A stretch of DNA of 26,939 bases from Ignavibacteriaceae bacterium (GCA_036379435.1 DASVGS010000024.1:1-26939), one strand, 5' to 3'. Positions 17,470 to 26,781 are shown, counted from the stretch's first letter. Notes: generated by a model not told the origin, from the sequence alone. Numbers and translations are program-made.

Positions 17470-17650
17470 AAATAAAAAACTCTTTGTATGAAATAAAACA
17501 TTTCATTAATAAAAACTTTTGGAACTCTGAATTGAGCAAAGGAATGCTTTGAGACCGGTAAAATCCACAGCTGTCAACTAACAGCGGTTTTTGAGTTATA
17601 AAACTCCTAAAAAATTTTAATAATGCAATAAGCATTAAATTCCTGTTAAA

Positions 17651-17680
17651 AATTTATTTACCAATAAATAACTTATGCAA
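17651..17680 (-). promoter_or_regulatory. Candidate promoter for the rng-headed transcript
   Basis: TTGCAT (17680-17675)-N18-TAAATT (17656-17651), about 180 nt upstream of the rng ATG. Motif match only, in AT-rich DNA. Confidence 0.35.
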
Positions 17681-17699
17681 GTTACTTGTTGTAAAATTA

Positions 17700-17770
17700 T
17701 GTCAGTCTGAGCTTATCGAAGACTGACTATAAAATAATAGCTGTCACACTTCGACAAGCTCAGTGTGACA
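17700..17770. repeat. Inverted doublet of REP-like palindromic units
   Basis: Unit 1 (+, 17700-17727) is TGTCAGTCT-GAGCTTATCGA-AGACTGAC. Unit 2 (-, 17770-17742) is TGTCACACT-GAGCTTGTCGA-AGTGTGACA. Confidence 0.85.
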
Positions 17771-17804
17771 TAAAAACATCACTATAAAATTCCAATTTAC
17801 GAAA

Positions 17805-19934
17805 CTAACCAGCCGGTTGTTCTGCCGGTGGATTATTTTTAGCTTCTTTTTCTGCTGCTTCAGTCAATAATTTTCTTCTGCTTAAAGAGAACTTACCGTT
17901 TTCTATTTTTAAAAGTTTAACGGTTATTTTATCACCAACTTTAAGATAGTCTGATACTTTGTTCACTCTTTTATTATCAATTTCAGAAATATGCAGCAAA
18001 CCTTCTTTGCCTGGAAGAATTTCTACAAATGCACCAAAGTCGGCAATTTTTGTTACAACACCATCATAAACTTCACCAACTTCCGGAGTAGCAGTTAATT
18101 TTTTGATGTAATCTTTGGCCTGCTGTGCATTTTCTTTATTTGGAGAAGCAATGTGTATAGTTCCATCATCTTCAATATTTATGTTAACTCCAAATAATCT
18201 TTGCATACCTTGAATTGTTTTACCACCGGGACCAATAATTAATCCAATTTGATCTGTTGCAACATTCATTGTAATTAATCTTGGAGCATAAGGAGATAAT
18301 GAATCTTTTGGCTTACTTATGGCTTCATTCATTTTGCCAAGAATGTGCATTCTGCCTTCTTTTGCCTGATGAAGTGCTTTCTCCATGATTTCAAAAGAAA
18401 TTCCCTGAATTTTAATATCCATCTGGAAACCTGTTATACCATCACTGGTTCCTGCAACTTTAAAATCCATATCACCAAGATGATCTTCGTTTCCAAGTAT
18501 GTCTGTTAAAATTGCATAATCATTTCCTTCTTTTACCAAACCCATTGCTATTCCGGAAACTGCTTTGGTAACAGGAACTCCGGCATCCATTAGTGCAAGC
18601 GAACCTGCACAAACAGTAGCCATAGATGATGAACCATTAGATTCAAGAATATCTGAAATAATTCTAACCGTATAAGGAAAAACATCATCAGCAGGCAGTA
18701 CCTGTTTTAAAGATCTCTCAGCAAGATTTCCATGACCGATTTCTCTTCTTCCGACTCCTGACATTCTACCAACCTCTCCAACGCTAAACGGTGGGAAATT
18801 ATACTGGAGGTAGAATTTTTTTGAATATTCTTCCAACAAACCATCAACTGTTTGTTCATCATCTTTTGTTCCAAGAGTAACATTGGTTAAACTTTGGGTT
18901 TCACCGCGTGTAAATAATGCAGAACCATGAGTTCTTGGTAAATTTCCCAACTCAATTGTTATAGGACGAACCTGAGTTGTGTTTCTTCCATCGAGTCTGA
19001 TGCCTTCCTTTAAAATTCTTTCACGCATAAGATCTTTTTCCATATCGTGAAGAATTTCGCCTATAACTTTTTCCTGCTCAGGATACTTTTCAGTAAGTGC
19101 TTGCTTTACAAATTCAGAAAGCTCTTTGTTCTTTGCAGCTCTTTCTTCTTTTGCAAGAATTGAATAGACAATTTCTTTAAATTTTGTTTCAGCCAAATCA
19201 TAAACATCTTTTTTAAGATCTGCATCAACTGTTTTTTCAGCAATTATCCATTTTGTTTTTCCAGCTTCTGCTCTTAATTGATTTTGAAGATCAACAATTT
19301 TTTTGATCTCCTCTTGAGCAAATTTTAATGCATCTAAAAGTTCCTGCTCGCTAACTTCTTTGGATTCACCTTCAACCATCATTATAGAATCGGAAGTACC
19401 TGCAACAACAAGTTCTATATCACTTAATTTAATCTGTTCGTGAGTAGGGTTAACAATAAATTCACCATTAAGTCTTCCAATTCTAACTTCACCAATCGGA
19501 CCATCAAAAGGTATATCTGAAATTGTTAAAGCGGCAGAAGCACCGCAGGCAGCAAGAACATCGGCATCGTTTTCTCCATCATACGAAAAAACCATTGCTA
19601 TTACCTGGGTTTCGTTATTAAAACTTACAGGAAACATTGGTCTTATGGGTCTGTCACACAATCTTGCGCTTAATATTTCCTTTTCAGTTGGTCTTCCTTC
19701 GCGTTTAATATATCCGCCCGGAAATTTTCCTGCGGCGGAGGTTTTTTCTCTGTACTCAACCTGAAGTGGAAAATAATCCATTCCTTCTTTAGCCTCGCTT
19801 GCTGCAACGGCTGTTACTAAAACCATAGTGTCACCGTATCGAACCATAACAGAGCCGTTTGCCTGTTTAGCATATCTACCGGTTTCTATCGAAAATAATC
19901 TTCCGCCTAATTCAATTTCTTTCTTAACTAACAT
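17805..19934 (-). CDS. pnp: Polyribonucleotide nucleotidyltransferase (PNPase)
   Basis: 709 aa with two RNase PH domains (RREIGHGNLA, ESNGSSSMA, DHLGDMDFKVAGT), KH (IIGPGGKTI) and S1 (FGAFVEILPGKEGLLHISE). Confidence 0.98.
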   Translation of the reverse strand: MLVKKEIELGGRLFSIETGRYAKQANGSVMVRYGDTMVLVTAVAASEAKEGMDYFPLQVEYREKTSAAGKFPGGYIKREGRPTEKEILSARLCDRPIRPMFPVSFNNETQVIAMVFSYDGENDADVLAACGASAALTISDIPFDGPIGEVRIGRLNGEFIVNPTHEQIKLSDIELVVAGTSDSIMMVEGESKEVSEQELLDALKFAQEEIKKIVDLQNQLRAEAGKTKWIIAEKTVDADLKKDVYDLAETKFKEIVYSILAKEERAAKNKELSEFVKQALTEKYPEQEKVIGEILHDMEKDLMRERILKEGIRLDGRNTTQVRPITIELGNLPRTHGSALFTRGETQSLTNVTLGTKDDEQTVDGLLEEYSKKFYLQYNFPPFSVGEVGRMSGVGRREIGHGNLAERSLKQVLPADDVFPYTVRIISDILESNGSSSMATVCAGSLALMDAGVPVTKAVSGIAMGLVKEGNDYAILTDILGNEDHLGDMDFKVAGTSDGITGFQMDIKIQGISFEIMEKALHQAKEGRMHILGKMNEAISKPKDSLSPYAPRLITMNVATDQIGLIIGPGGKTIQGMQRLFGVNINIEDDGTIHIASPNKENAQQAKDYIKKLTATPEVGEVYDGVVTKIADFGAFVEILPGKEGLLHISEIDNKRVNKVSDYLKVGDKITVKLLKIENGKFSLSRRKLLTEAAEKEAKNNPPAEQPAG

Positions 19935-19943
19935 TATTAACCT

Positions 19944-20207
19944 TTACTTTCTTATGTTCAAATCTTTAATTATTGCTCTATAACGTGCAATATCAACTTT
20001 TGTTAAATAATCGAGAAGTCTTCTTCTCTTACCTACCATCATCATTAATCCTCTTCTTGAGTGATGATCTTTTTTGTGCACATCAAAGTGCGATGTTAAA
20101 TCATTAATTCTTTTTGTTAGAAGTGCAATCTGTACTTCTGGTTTACCCGAATCTTTTTCGTCCTTACCATATTTTTTGACGATCTCGAGTTTCTCTTCTT
20201 TGGTCAT
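19944..20207 (-). CDS. rpsO: 30S ribosomal protein S15
   Basis: 87 aa with [13 protein letters not shown] and [31 protein letters not shown]. Confidence 0.98.
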   Translation of the reverse strand: MTKEEKLEIVKKYGKDEKDSGKPEVQIALLTKRINDLTSHFDVHKKDHHSRRGLMMMVGKRRRLLDYLTKVDIARYRAIIKDLNIRK

Positions 20208-20236
20208 TTTTCTATCCTTTATTTATTTGTACGATA

Positions 20237-20260
20237 TAATTCCAGATTTAACCGGAATCA
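20237..20260 (-). promoter_or_regulatory. Hairpin in the rpsO 5' leader (candidate S15 autoregulatory element)
   Basis: RNA UGAUUCCGG-UUAAAU-CUGGAAUUA forms a 9-bp stem with no U-tract, about 30 nt upstream of the rpsO ATG. Confidence 0.5.
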
Positions 20261-20261
20261 A

Positions 20262-21194
20262 TTATTTATTTGTTAAAATTTTCAGTCCGTTTTCTTTGTC
20301 TTTATTCATTTGATTGATCAACTCGTCTGCAGAATTAAATTTTTCTTCTCCGCGTAATCTTTCAATCAATTCTAATGTTACAACTGCATCATAAATTTCA
20401 CGATCAAAATTATAGATAAAAACTTCAGTAACAATTTCACCTTCATTATAAAAAGTTGGGCGTTTCCCGATACTTAAAAGTCCAATATGTTTTTCACTTC
20501 CCACAATAACTTTAACTGCATAAATACCAATTGCAGGAAGAAGTTTATCCTGTGATAATAACTTAATGTTTGCAGTGGGATAGCCAAGTTCTCTTCCTCT
20601 TTTATCGCCGCCAACTACAACACCACTAAACGAATAATTTCTACCAAGTAAACTATTGGCTTTATTAAGTTCTCCGTTACTTAAAGCATTTCTTATCTTT
20701 GTACTGCTTACAACTTCATCATTTATATAAAAAGCATCAACAGTTGTAACGGTAAAATTTTCTTTTGCCCCAATTACCTTTAAAAGCTCTGCATTCCCGC
20801 TTCTGCCTTTTCCAAAATGATGATCGTGACCCAACACAATTTCACCTAATCCGATTCCATTAACTAAAAAATCATATATAAATTCTTCAGCGGTAAGTGA
20901 TGCAAACTCTTTTGTAAAGTTTATTGTCAAAACATTCTCCACTCCATTTTTCCGAAGCAGTTCTATTTTTTCTCTGGGAGTGGTCAAAAGTTTTACATCA
21001 CTGTTTGCGCTTAACACTGCTCTTGGATGCGGATGAAATGTGATTACTACATTTCTAAATCCATATTCCCTTGAGCGGTCAACCATTTTATCAATAATCT
21101 TTAAATGACCAGGATGAATTCCATCAAAGGTGCCAAGCGTAAGAATAGTATTTTTATTCTTCTTTAAATCTTTAATACTATCAAATACCTGCAT
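20262..21194 (-). CDS. ribF: Bifunctional riboflavin kinase/FAD synthetase
   Basis: 310 aa with GTFDGIHPGH, VLGHDHHFG, SSTKIR, GYPTAN and LRGEEKF. Confidence 0.97.
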   Translation of the reverse strand: MQVFDSIKDLKKNKNTILTLGTFDGIHPGHLKIIDKMVDRSREYGFRNVVITFHPHPRAVLSANSDVKLLTTPREKIELLRKNGVENVLTINFTKEFASLTAEEFIYDFLVNGIGLGEIVLGHDHHFGKGRSGNAELLKVIGAKENFTVTTVDAFYINDEVVSSTKIRNALSNGELNKANSLLGRNYSFSGVVVGGDKRGRELGYPTANIKLLSQDKLLPAIGIYAVKVIVGSEKHIGLLSIGKRPTFYNEGEIVTEVFIYNFDREIYDAVVTLELIERLRGEEKFNSADELINQMNKDKENGLKILTNK

Positions 21195-21235
21195 CTATAA
21201 TTACATCACTTATGTCTGTTAAAAATATTCCTTGT

Positions 21236-21264
21236 ACTTTATCTGGAACAATGAAATTTTTCAA
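21236..21264 (-). promoter_or_regulatory. Candidate internal promoter for ribF-rpsO-pnp
   Basis: TTGAAA (21264-21259)-N17-TAAAGT (21241-21236) in the 129-nt truB-ribF gap. Confidence 0.5.
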
Positions 21265-21323
21265 CTTAAATTTCACAAAAATTTCTTTGTCCAACTTAGA
21301 CAATCACTTTAAATTTCGAAAAA

Positions 21324-22037
21324 CTAGTTCCTCATATTTTGAGTATCAAACATTTCAGTAAACTCTTCCAGATCAAACGCATCATCAACATTAAAATTGC
21401 CAATTTCTGTTCTGCGTAATAAACTTAAAACCCCGCCGCAGCCAATTTCTTTTCCAAAATCATCAGCAATAACCCGGATATAAGTTCCCTTTGAACAAGA
21501 GATTTCAAAATGAATTTCAGGAAGTTCAATTTTTTTTATATCAAAAGAATAAATTTCCACCTGCCTCGGTTCCCGTTTCACTTCTTTTCCGGCTCTTGCA
21601 AATTTATACAACGCTTTGCCTTTATGTTTTAATGCGGAAAACATTGGCGGAACCTGTTCAATATTTCCTAAGAACTTATTTCTGACTAAAAGAATTTTTT
21701 CTTCATTTAAATTATCAGGTAAATCTGTTTCCGTAATTTCTGTTGCCAAATCCATTGAAGGAGAGGATTTGCCAAGAGTAATTATCCCGGTATATTTTTT
21801 TCTTTGTGCCTGATAATCAGAAATCTCTTTTGTTTTTTTTCCGGTGCAAACAATCAACAACCCGGTTGCAAGAGGATCAAGAGTTCCTGCATGCCCCACT
21901 TTTTTAACTTTTGTTAATCTTCTAATTCGGCTTACAACATTAAACGAAGTCCAGTTAACAGGTTTATCTATCAATATAACCTGACCATCAAGATAATTAA
22001 GAGTCTGGAGATCCTTCGTTTGTTTTGTTATCATCAT
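21324..22037 (-). CDS. truB: tRNA pseudouridine(55) synthase
   Basis: KVGHAGTLDPLATG (catalytic Asp), QVPPMFSALK, CSKGTYIR. Short form without the PUA domain. Start is ATG 22037 or 22034. Confidence 0.96.
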   Translation of the reverse strand: MMITKQTKDLQTLNYLDGQVILIDKPVNWTSFNVVSRIRRLTKVKKVGHAGTLDPLATGLLIVCTGKKTKEISDYQAQRKKYTGIITLGKSSPSMDLATEITETDLPDNLNEEKILLVRNKFLGNIEQVPPMFSALKHKGKALYKFARAGKEVKREPRQVEIYSFDIKKIELPEIHFEISCSKGTYIRVIADDFGKEIGCGGVLSLLRRTEIGNFNVDDAFDLEEFTEMFDTQNMRN

Positions 22038-22371
22038 CTTCGTGAATTTTCTTAATCAGTCCTTCAATTTTTTCAACGTAATCAAGCGTATCGTCAATAA
22101 AAAATTTTAGCTCGGGTATAAATTTAATTCTTATCCTATGTGCAAGTTCTGATCTGATAAATCCTTTTTTATCTTCAATCTTATTAAGAACTAGTTCTCT
22201 TTTTTCTTTTTCAAAAACCGATAAATAAATTTTTGCCAGTTTTAGATCCGGACTTACTCTTACATTTGTAATTGTTATAAATCCAAGATCAGTATGAGAA
22301 AACTTATGCAGAAAAATAAGACTAATCTCTTCTTTAATAAGATGTTCAACTTTATCAATTCTATAAGACAT
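21997..22371 (-). CDS. rbfA: Ribosome-binding factor A
   Basis: 124 aa with ITITNVRVSPDLKLAKIY and RIRIKFIPELKFFIDDT. Canonical position after infB. Confidence 0.96.
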   Translation of the reverse strand: MSYRIDKVEHLIKEEISLIFLHKFSHTDLGFITITNVRVSPDLKLAKIYLSVFEKEKRELVLNKIEDKKGFIRSELAHRIRIKFIPELKFFIDDTLDYVEKIEGLIKKIHEDDDNKTNEGSPDS

Positions 22372-22397
22372 TTATTTTCCACACAATCTAAAAGTAA

Positions 22398-25037
22398 TTA
22401 CGCAAGTGTTTTCTTTGTTTCTACAAGTTTAAATGCTTCAATTATATCTCCAACTTTTATATCGTTAAAGTTTTCGATATTTAATCCGCATTCATAACCC
22501 GCATCAACTTCTCTAACATCATCCTTAAACCTTCTTAAGTTGCCAATGCTTCCTTCGTGAATAACAATACCATCACGAATTAATCTTATCTTATTGTTCC
22601 TTGCAATCTTTCCATCAAGTACATAACATCCTGCAACTGTACCGGATTTAGGCACTTTAAATGTATCACGGATTTCAATTGTTCCGGTTACTTCTTCCGA
22701 AATTATCGGCGATAGTAAACCTTCCAATGCAGATTTAACTTCATTGATAGCATCGTAGATAACACTGTAAAGTCTAATATCCACTTTTTGATTCTCAGCA
22801 AGTTTTCTTGCATTGATATTAGGACGAACCCGGAATCCAATAATAATAGCGTTAGAGGCCGCAGCAAGTAAAACATCGCTTTCAGAAATTCCGCCAACAC
22901 CTTTATGTATTACACGAACAATAACTTCCTGATTGCTAAGTTTCATTAATGAATCAGATAATGCTTCTACAGAACCATCCACATCGCCTTTAACAATTAA
23001 TGCAAGTTCTTTAACTCCGCCAATACTAATCTGCTTAGCAAGTTCATCAAGAGTGATGTGATGGATTTGTTTTTGATCTTGTTCACGCTTTAACTGTTGT
23101 CTCTTCAAGCTTATCTCACGGGCTTCACGCTCGGAGTCAAGAACAATAAATGTATCACCGGCTTGCGGAGCACCTTCAAATCCAAGAACAAGAACCGGCG
23201 TTGATGGCGGAGCTTCTTTTACTTTATTTCCTCTTTCATCAAACATTGCTCTAACTTTTCCGTGATGAATTCCGGCAACAAATGGATCGCCAATTCTTAA
23301 AGTACCTTTTTGAACAAGAATAGTTCCTGTTACGCCGCGACCTTTATCCAGTTCTGCTTCTACAACAGCGCCGCGTGTAAGTCTATTTGGATTTGCTTTT
23401 AAATCAAGTAAATCTGCTTCAAGAATAATTTTTTCAAGCAACAAATCTACATTTAATCCAGACTTAGCAGAAAGTTCAACTGATTGATATTTGCCGCCCC
23501 AATCTTCAACCAGTACGTTCCTATCAGCCATTTGTTGTTTTATTCTATCAGGATTTGCACCCGGTTTATCTATTTTGTTTATTGCAATAATAATCGGAAC
23601 ACCAGCAGCCTGAGCATGATTTAATGCCTCTACAGTCTGCGGCATCACAGCGTCATCAGCAGCTACAACAAGAACAACAATATCCGTTAACTGGGCACCA
23701 CGTGCTCTCATTGCAGTAAATGCTTCGTGACCAGGAGTATCCAAAAAAGTAATTTGTTTTCCATCACCGATATCAACCCGATACGCACCGATATGTTGAG
23801 TAATTCCACCGGATTCACCGGCAACAACGTTGGTTCTTCTTATATAATCAAGCAGTGATGTTTTACCGTGATCAACGTGTCCCATAATTGTAACAACCGG
23901 GGGTCTTGGTTGAAGTTCATCATCATCGTCTTCAGTATCTTCCAAAATTTCAGAGGTATATTCTTTTTGAAATTCAACATCAAAACCAAACTCATCTGCC
24001 ACTAACGTAATATTTTCCACATCAAGTCTTTGGTTTATTGAAACCATTAATCCGAGACCAATACATTTGGAAATTACATCCCCAACCGGAACGCCCATCA
24101 GATTAGCAAGTTCACTAACAGCAATAAATTCATTAACTCTAATAATATTTTTATCTAAAGATTTTAATTCCTCTAATCTTTCTTCTTCAGCTTCTCTTTC
24201 TCTTCTCTTCTTTTTTCTGGATGCGGCTCTATTTGTGGTAACTGTATCATCCATACTTAGCATTGTTTTCTTAATCGCAGCCTTAACATCCTTTTCATCA
24301 ATTTCAAATTTCTTAACACGTTTCCGTTTTTTGACTGTTGCTGTTTCTTCTGTTGAGCTTTCTGTTGTTGTTTTCTTTTTAGTCTTTGGTCTCTTCTTTT
24401 TCTTTACAGTATCAGAAGTTGTTTCAGCAGCAGTTTCCTTTTTATCTTCTTCAGCTTTAGGAGGAGTTGGAAGTCTTTTGACCTGAGGTTTAACTTTTTT
24501 ATCCTCGCCAAGATCCATCTTCCCGACTACCTTTAAGCCTCGCTTTTTACCTATCTCAGACTCTTTTGGTGAAATAAATTTTTCCGGTGTTTCGGGTACT
24601 TCAGGAATTTTATTTTCAACGGGTTCGGGTTCTTCTGCAACAACTGTTTCCGGTTCTGTAATAGTCTCATCAGTAACTGCTGTTTCTTTAACAGGTTCTG
24701 GTTCAACTTCAACAGGAACATCGGTAATTACGATTTCTTTTGTTTCTTCTTCCTGTACAGGTTCTTCTTCTATCTTAGTTACTTTTTCATCTTTATCAGA
24801 TTTATCAGCTCGCTTCTTATTAAACTCAGCAATTTTTTTATAATGCTGTTCTGCTTTTTCTATATCTTTTTTAAAGTGGGCATTAATCTCACTAATCATC
24901 TCTTCAGTAAGAATAGATTGATGAGATTTAACAACGTGTCCTTTGGTTTTCAGAAACTCAATAAGATTTTCCGAAGAAAGATTGATCTCCGCTGCGAATT
25001 TGTATAATCTAATTTTGGGCGATTTTGTTTCAGACAT
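22398..25037 (-). CDS. infB: Translation initiation factor IF-2
   Basis: 879 aa with [42 protein letters not shown] and a long charged N-terminal region. Confidence 0.98.
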   Translation of the reverse strand: MSETKSPKIRLYKFAAEINLSSENLIEFLKTKGHVVKSHQSILTEEMISEINAHFKKDIEKAEQHYKKIAEFNKKRADKSDKDEKVTKIEEEPVQEEETKEIVITDVPVEVEPEPVKETAVTDETITEPETVVAEEPEPVENKIPEVPETPEKFISPKESEIGKKRGLKVVGKMDLGEDKKVKPQVKRLPTPPKAEEDKKETAAETTSDTVKKKKRPKTKKKTTTESSTEETATVKKRKRVKKFEIDEKDVKAAIKKTMLSMDDTVTTNRAASRKKKRREREAEEERLEELKSLDKNIIRVNEFIAVSELANLMGVPVGDVISKCIGLGLMVSINQRLDVENITLVADEFGFDVEFQKEYTSEILEDTEDDDDELQPRPPVVTIMGHVDHGKTSLLDYIRRTNVVAGESGGITQHIGAYRVDIGDGKQITFLDTPGHEAFTAMRARGAQLTDIVVLVVAADDAVMPQTVEALNHAQAAGVPIIIAINKIDKPGANPDRIKQQMADRNVLVEDWGGKYQSVELSAKSGLNVDLLLEKIILEADLLDLKANPNRLTRGAVVEAELDKGRGVTGTILVQKGTLRIGDPFVAGIHHGKVRAMFDERGNKVKEAPPSTPVLVLGFEGAPQAGDTFIVLDSEREAREISLKRQQLKREQDQKQIHHITLDELAKQISIGGVKELALIVKGDVDGSVEALSDSLMKLSNQEVIVRVIHKGVGGISESDVLLAAASNAIIIGFRVRPNINARKLAENQKVDIRLYSVIYDAINEVKSALEGLLSPIISEEVTGTIEIRDTFKVPKSGTVAGCYVLDGKIARNNKIRLIRDGIVIHEGSIGNLRRFKDDVREVDAGYECGLNIENFNDIKVGDIIEAFKLVETKKTLA

Positions 25038-25059
25038 TTATTAGTTACCTTTTCTTGGG

Positions 25060-26307
25060 CTATTCCTCTTCTTCGAACTGCGATTTAATTATTTCTAAGA
25101 TTTCTTCAATCTTTGCATCATCAAACTCTTCAATCTCTTTTAACTTTTCAGGTCCCGCTGTTAAAACTTCAATAGCGGTATCGTACCTGTGATTGATGAG
25201 TATATCATAAACATCGGCACCAAGTTCTTCTTTAATATCAATCAATTCTATATCCTCTTCATATTCTTCAAATGGTTTTTCCTCACGTAAGATTTCAATT
25301 TCATAACCCGTAAGCTTCATTGCCAGCCTTATATTAACGCCGTTTCTGCCCACAATTAATGATACCTGGTCGCTGTCTGCTGTTACTACTGCTTTTTTCT
25401 CGTCTTCATCAAGCTCTATTTTCTTAAGCTTTGCCGGCGCTAATGATTTTTGAATAAAAATTATTGGATCATCAGAGTAACTTACAACATCTATGTTTTC
25501 ATTGTTAAGCTCGCGTACAATAGCATGAATTCTAACGCCTTTCATTCCTACACATGCACCAACAGCATCTATTCTGGCATCCTGAGATTCTACTGCAATC
25601 TTGGCTCTTTCACCAGGTTCGCGGGCAATGGATTTAATTTCAATTATACCATCATAGATTTCCGGAATTTCAATTTCAAACAATCTTCTCAAAAACATAT
25701 TGTCTGATCTCGAAATAATTATTACTGGTCCGCTGTTTCCTTTTCTAACTTCCTTAACGATAGCTCTGATTGTTTCTCCTTTTTTGTATTTCTCAAAAGG
25801 AATTTGTTCGTTACGTGGAAGTACAAGTTCATTTTTATTATGATTAACCAGTATATCATTTTTTCTAATCTGATAAATATCACCAACAACTATTTCACCA
25901 AGCAGTTCATTGTATTCATTATAAATAATTTCTTTTTCAAGCTCACGTATTTTTTGATTAAGGCTTTGTTTAGCAAGCACAACAAGTCTTCTGCCTAAAG
26001 ATGCAAGTTCAATCTTCTCAACAAAATCCTCTCCAACCTCAAGATCGTCTTCATTACCTTTTTTATTAACTTCTTCAAGACTTATTTGTGTATTTGGATC
26101 TTCAACAACCTCAACAATTTCCCTTTCAAGAAATATCTCAATATCGCCTCTATCCATATTAACAACTACATCAAACTTTGCTTCCTCGCCGTATTTTTTC
26201 TTTACGAGCAATCCAAATATTTCCTCAAGTATTCCACCGAGTACATCTTTATCAATGCCTTTTTCCCTTACCATTTGCGCAAAGGATTCGACAATATCAT
26301 AGTTCAT
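25060..26307 (-). CDS. nusA: Transcription termination/antitermination factor NusA
   Basis: 415 aa with S1, two KH domains (DAVGACVGMKGVRI, IVGRNGVNIRLA) and one C-terminal acidic HhH-like repeat. SD GAGGAG. Confidence 0.98.
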   Translation of the reverse strand: MNYDIVESFAQMVREKGIDKDVLGGILEEIFGLLVKKKYGEEAKFDVVVNMDRGDIEIFLEREIVEVVEDPNTQISLEEVNKKGNEDDLEVGEDFVEKIELASLGRRLVVLAKQSLNQKIRELEKEIIYNEYNELLGEIVVGDIYQIRKNDILVNHNKNELVLPRNEQIPFEKYKKGETIRAIVKEVRKGNSGPVIIISRSDNMFLRRLFEIEIPEIYDGIIEIKSIAREPGERAKIAVESQDARIDAVGACVGMKGVRIHAIVRELNNENIDVVSYSDDPIIFIQKSLAPAKLKKIELDEDEKKAVVTADSDQVSLIVGRNGVNIRLAMKLTGYEIEILREEKPFEEYEEDIELIDIKEELGADVYDILINHRYDTAIEVLTAGPEKLKEIEEFDDAKIEEILEIIKSQFEEEE

Positions 26308-26322
26308 TTACTTTCTCCTCTT

Positions 26323-26778
26323 CTAAGAAAAACTGATTATAACTTTTGCAGTTGTTATGTTTTTGAATTCAATTAAAATTTCTTTTTTGTTTGAAAGAAA
26401 AGTTAACTCTTCTCTTTCTACGGATAATAATTTTCCGGTTATAGTTTTCGTTTCATCTCCAACTTTATATGTAACTTCAAAATTTCTGTTGATATGCTTG
26501 GGAAATTGTTTAAGAAATTTTAGTGGTCTATCAACACCGGGAGTAGAAACATCCAGCCTGTACTCTTGTTGTATCAGATCTTTTTCTTCAATAACAGTAT
26601 TTATTTCGCGGCTTATTTCAGCAAGATTATCAGCATCAATGTTTTTTTCTGCATCAACAAAAACTTCAATTATTTTCTTTCTGCCATCGCCCCTAAAATT
26701 AATATCTATCACAAAAAAGTTTAGCTTTTCTGCGATTTCGTTTGAAATTCGTACTATATTTTCTTTTATTTTATCCAT
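26323..26778 (-). CDS. rimP: Ribosome maturation factor RimP
   Basis: YRLDVSTPGVDRPL motif, first gene before nusA. ATG at 26778 is preferred because the track's TTG at 26799 falls in the leader hairpin loop. Confidence 0.93.
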   Translation of the reverse strand: MDKIKENIVRISNEIAEKLNFFVIDINFRGDGRKKIIEVFVDAEKNIDADNLAEISREINTVIEEKDLIQQEYRLDVSTPGVDRPLKFLKQFPKHINRNFEVTYKVGDETKTITGKLLSVEREELTFLSNKKEILIEFKNITTAKVIISFS

Positions 26779-26781
26779 ACT

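Noticed and set aside
17470-17700. Known housekeeping ncRNA (6S, SRP, tmRNA, RNase P) or tRNA in the largest gap
   Set aside because: No diagnostic motifs or cloverleaf were recognised by eye; an Infernal/Rfam scan would be decisive.
17700-17790. CRISPR interpretation of the palindromic repeats
   Set aside because: There are only two units, in inverted orientation, with a 14-nt gap and no cas genes.
21195-21323. Possible FMN riboswitch before ribF
   Set aside because: The region is very AT-rich and lacks the conserved AGGGCGGGG...GAAATTCCCGACCG core.
2383-22900. Short minus-strand alternative-frame ORFs nested in genes (2383-2643, 2946-3155, 11660-11890, 17085-17279, 22703-22900)
   Set aside because: They are contained within or overlap conserved CDSs in another frame, with no homology cues or translation signals.
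24300-24800. Pro/Glu/Thr/Lys-rich low-complexity stretch in IF-2
   Set aside because: This is ordinary for the variable IF-2 N-terminal region, and no exact tandem DNA repeat is present.
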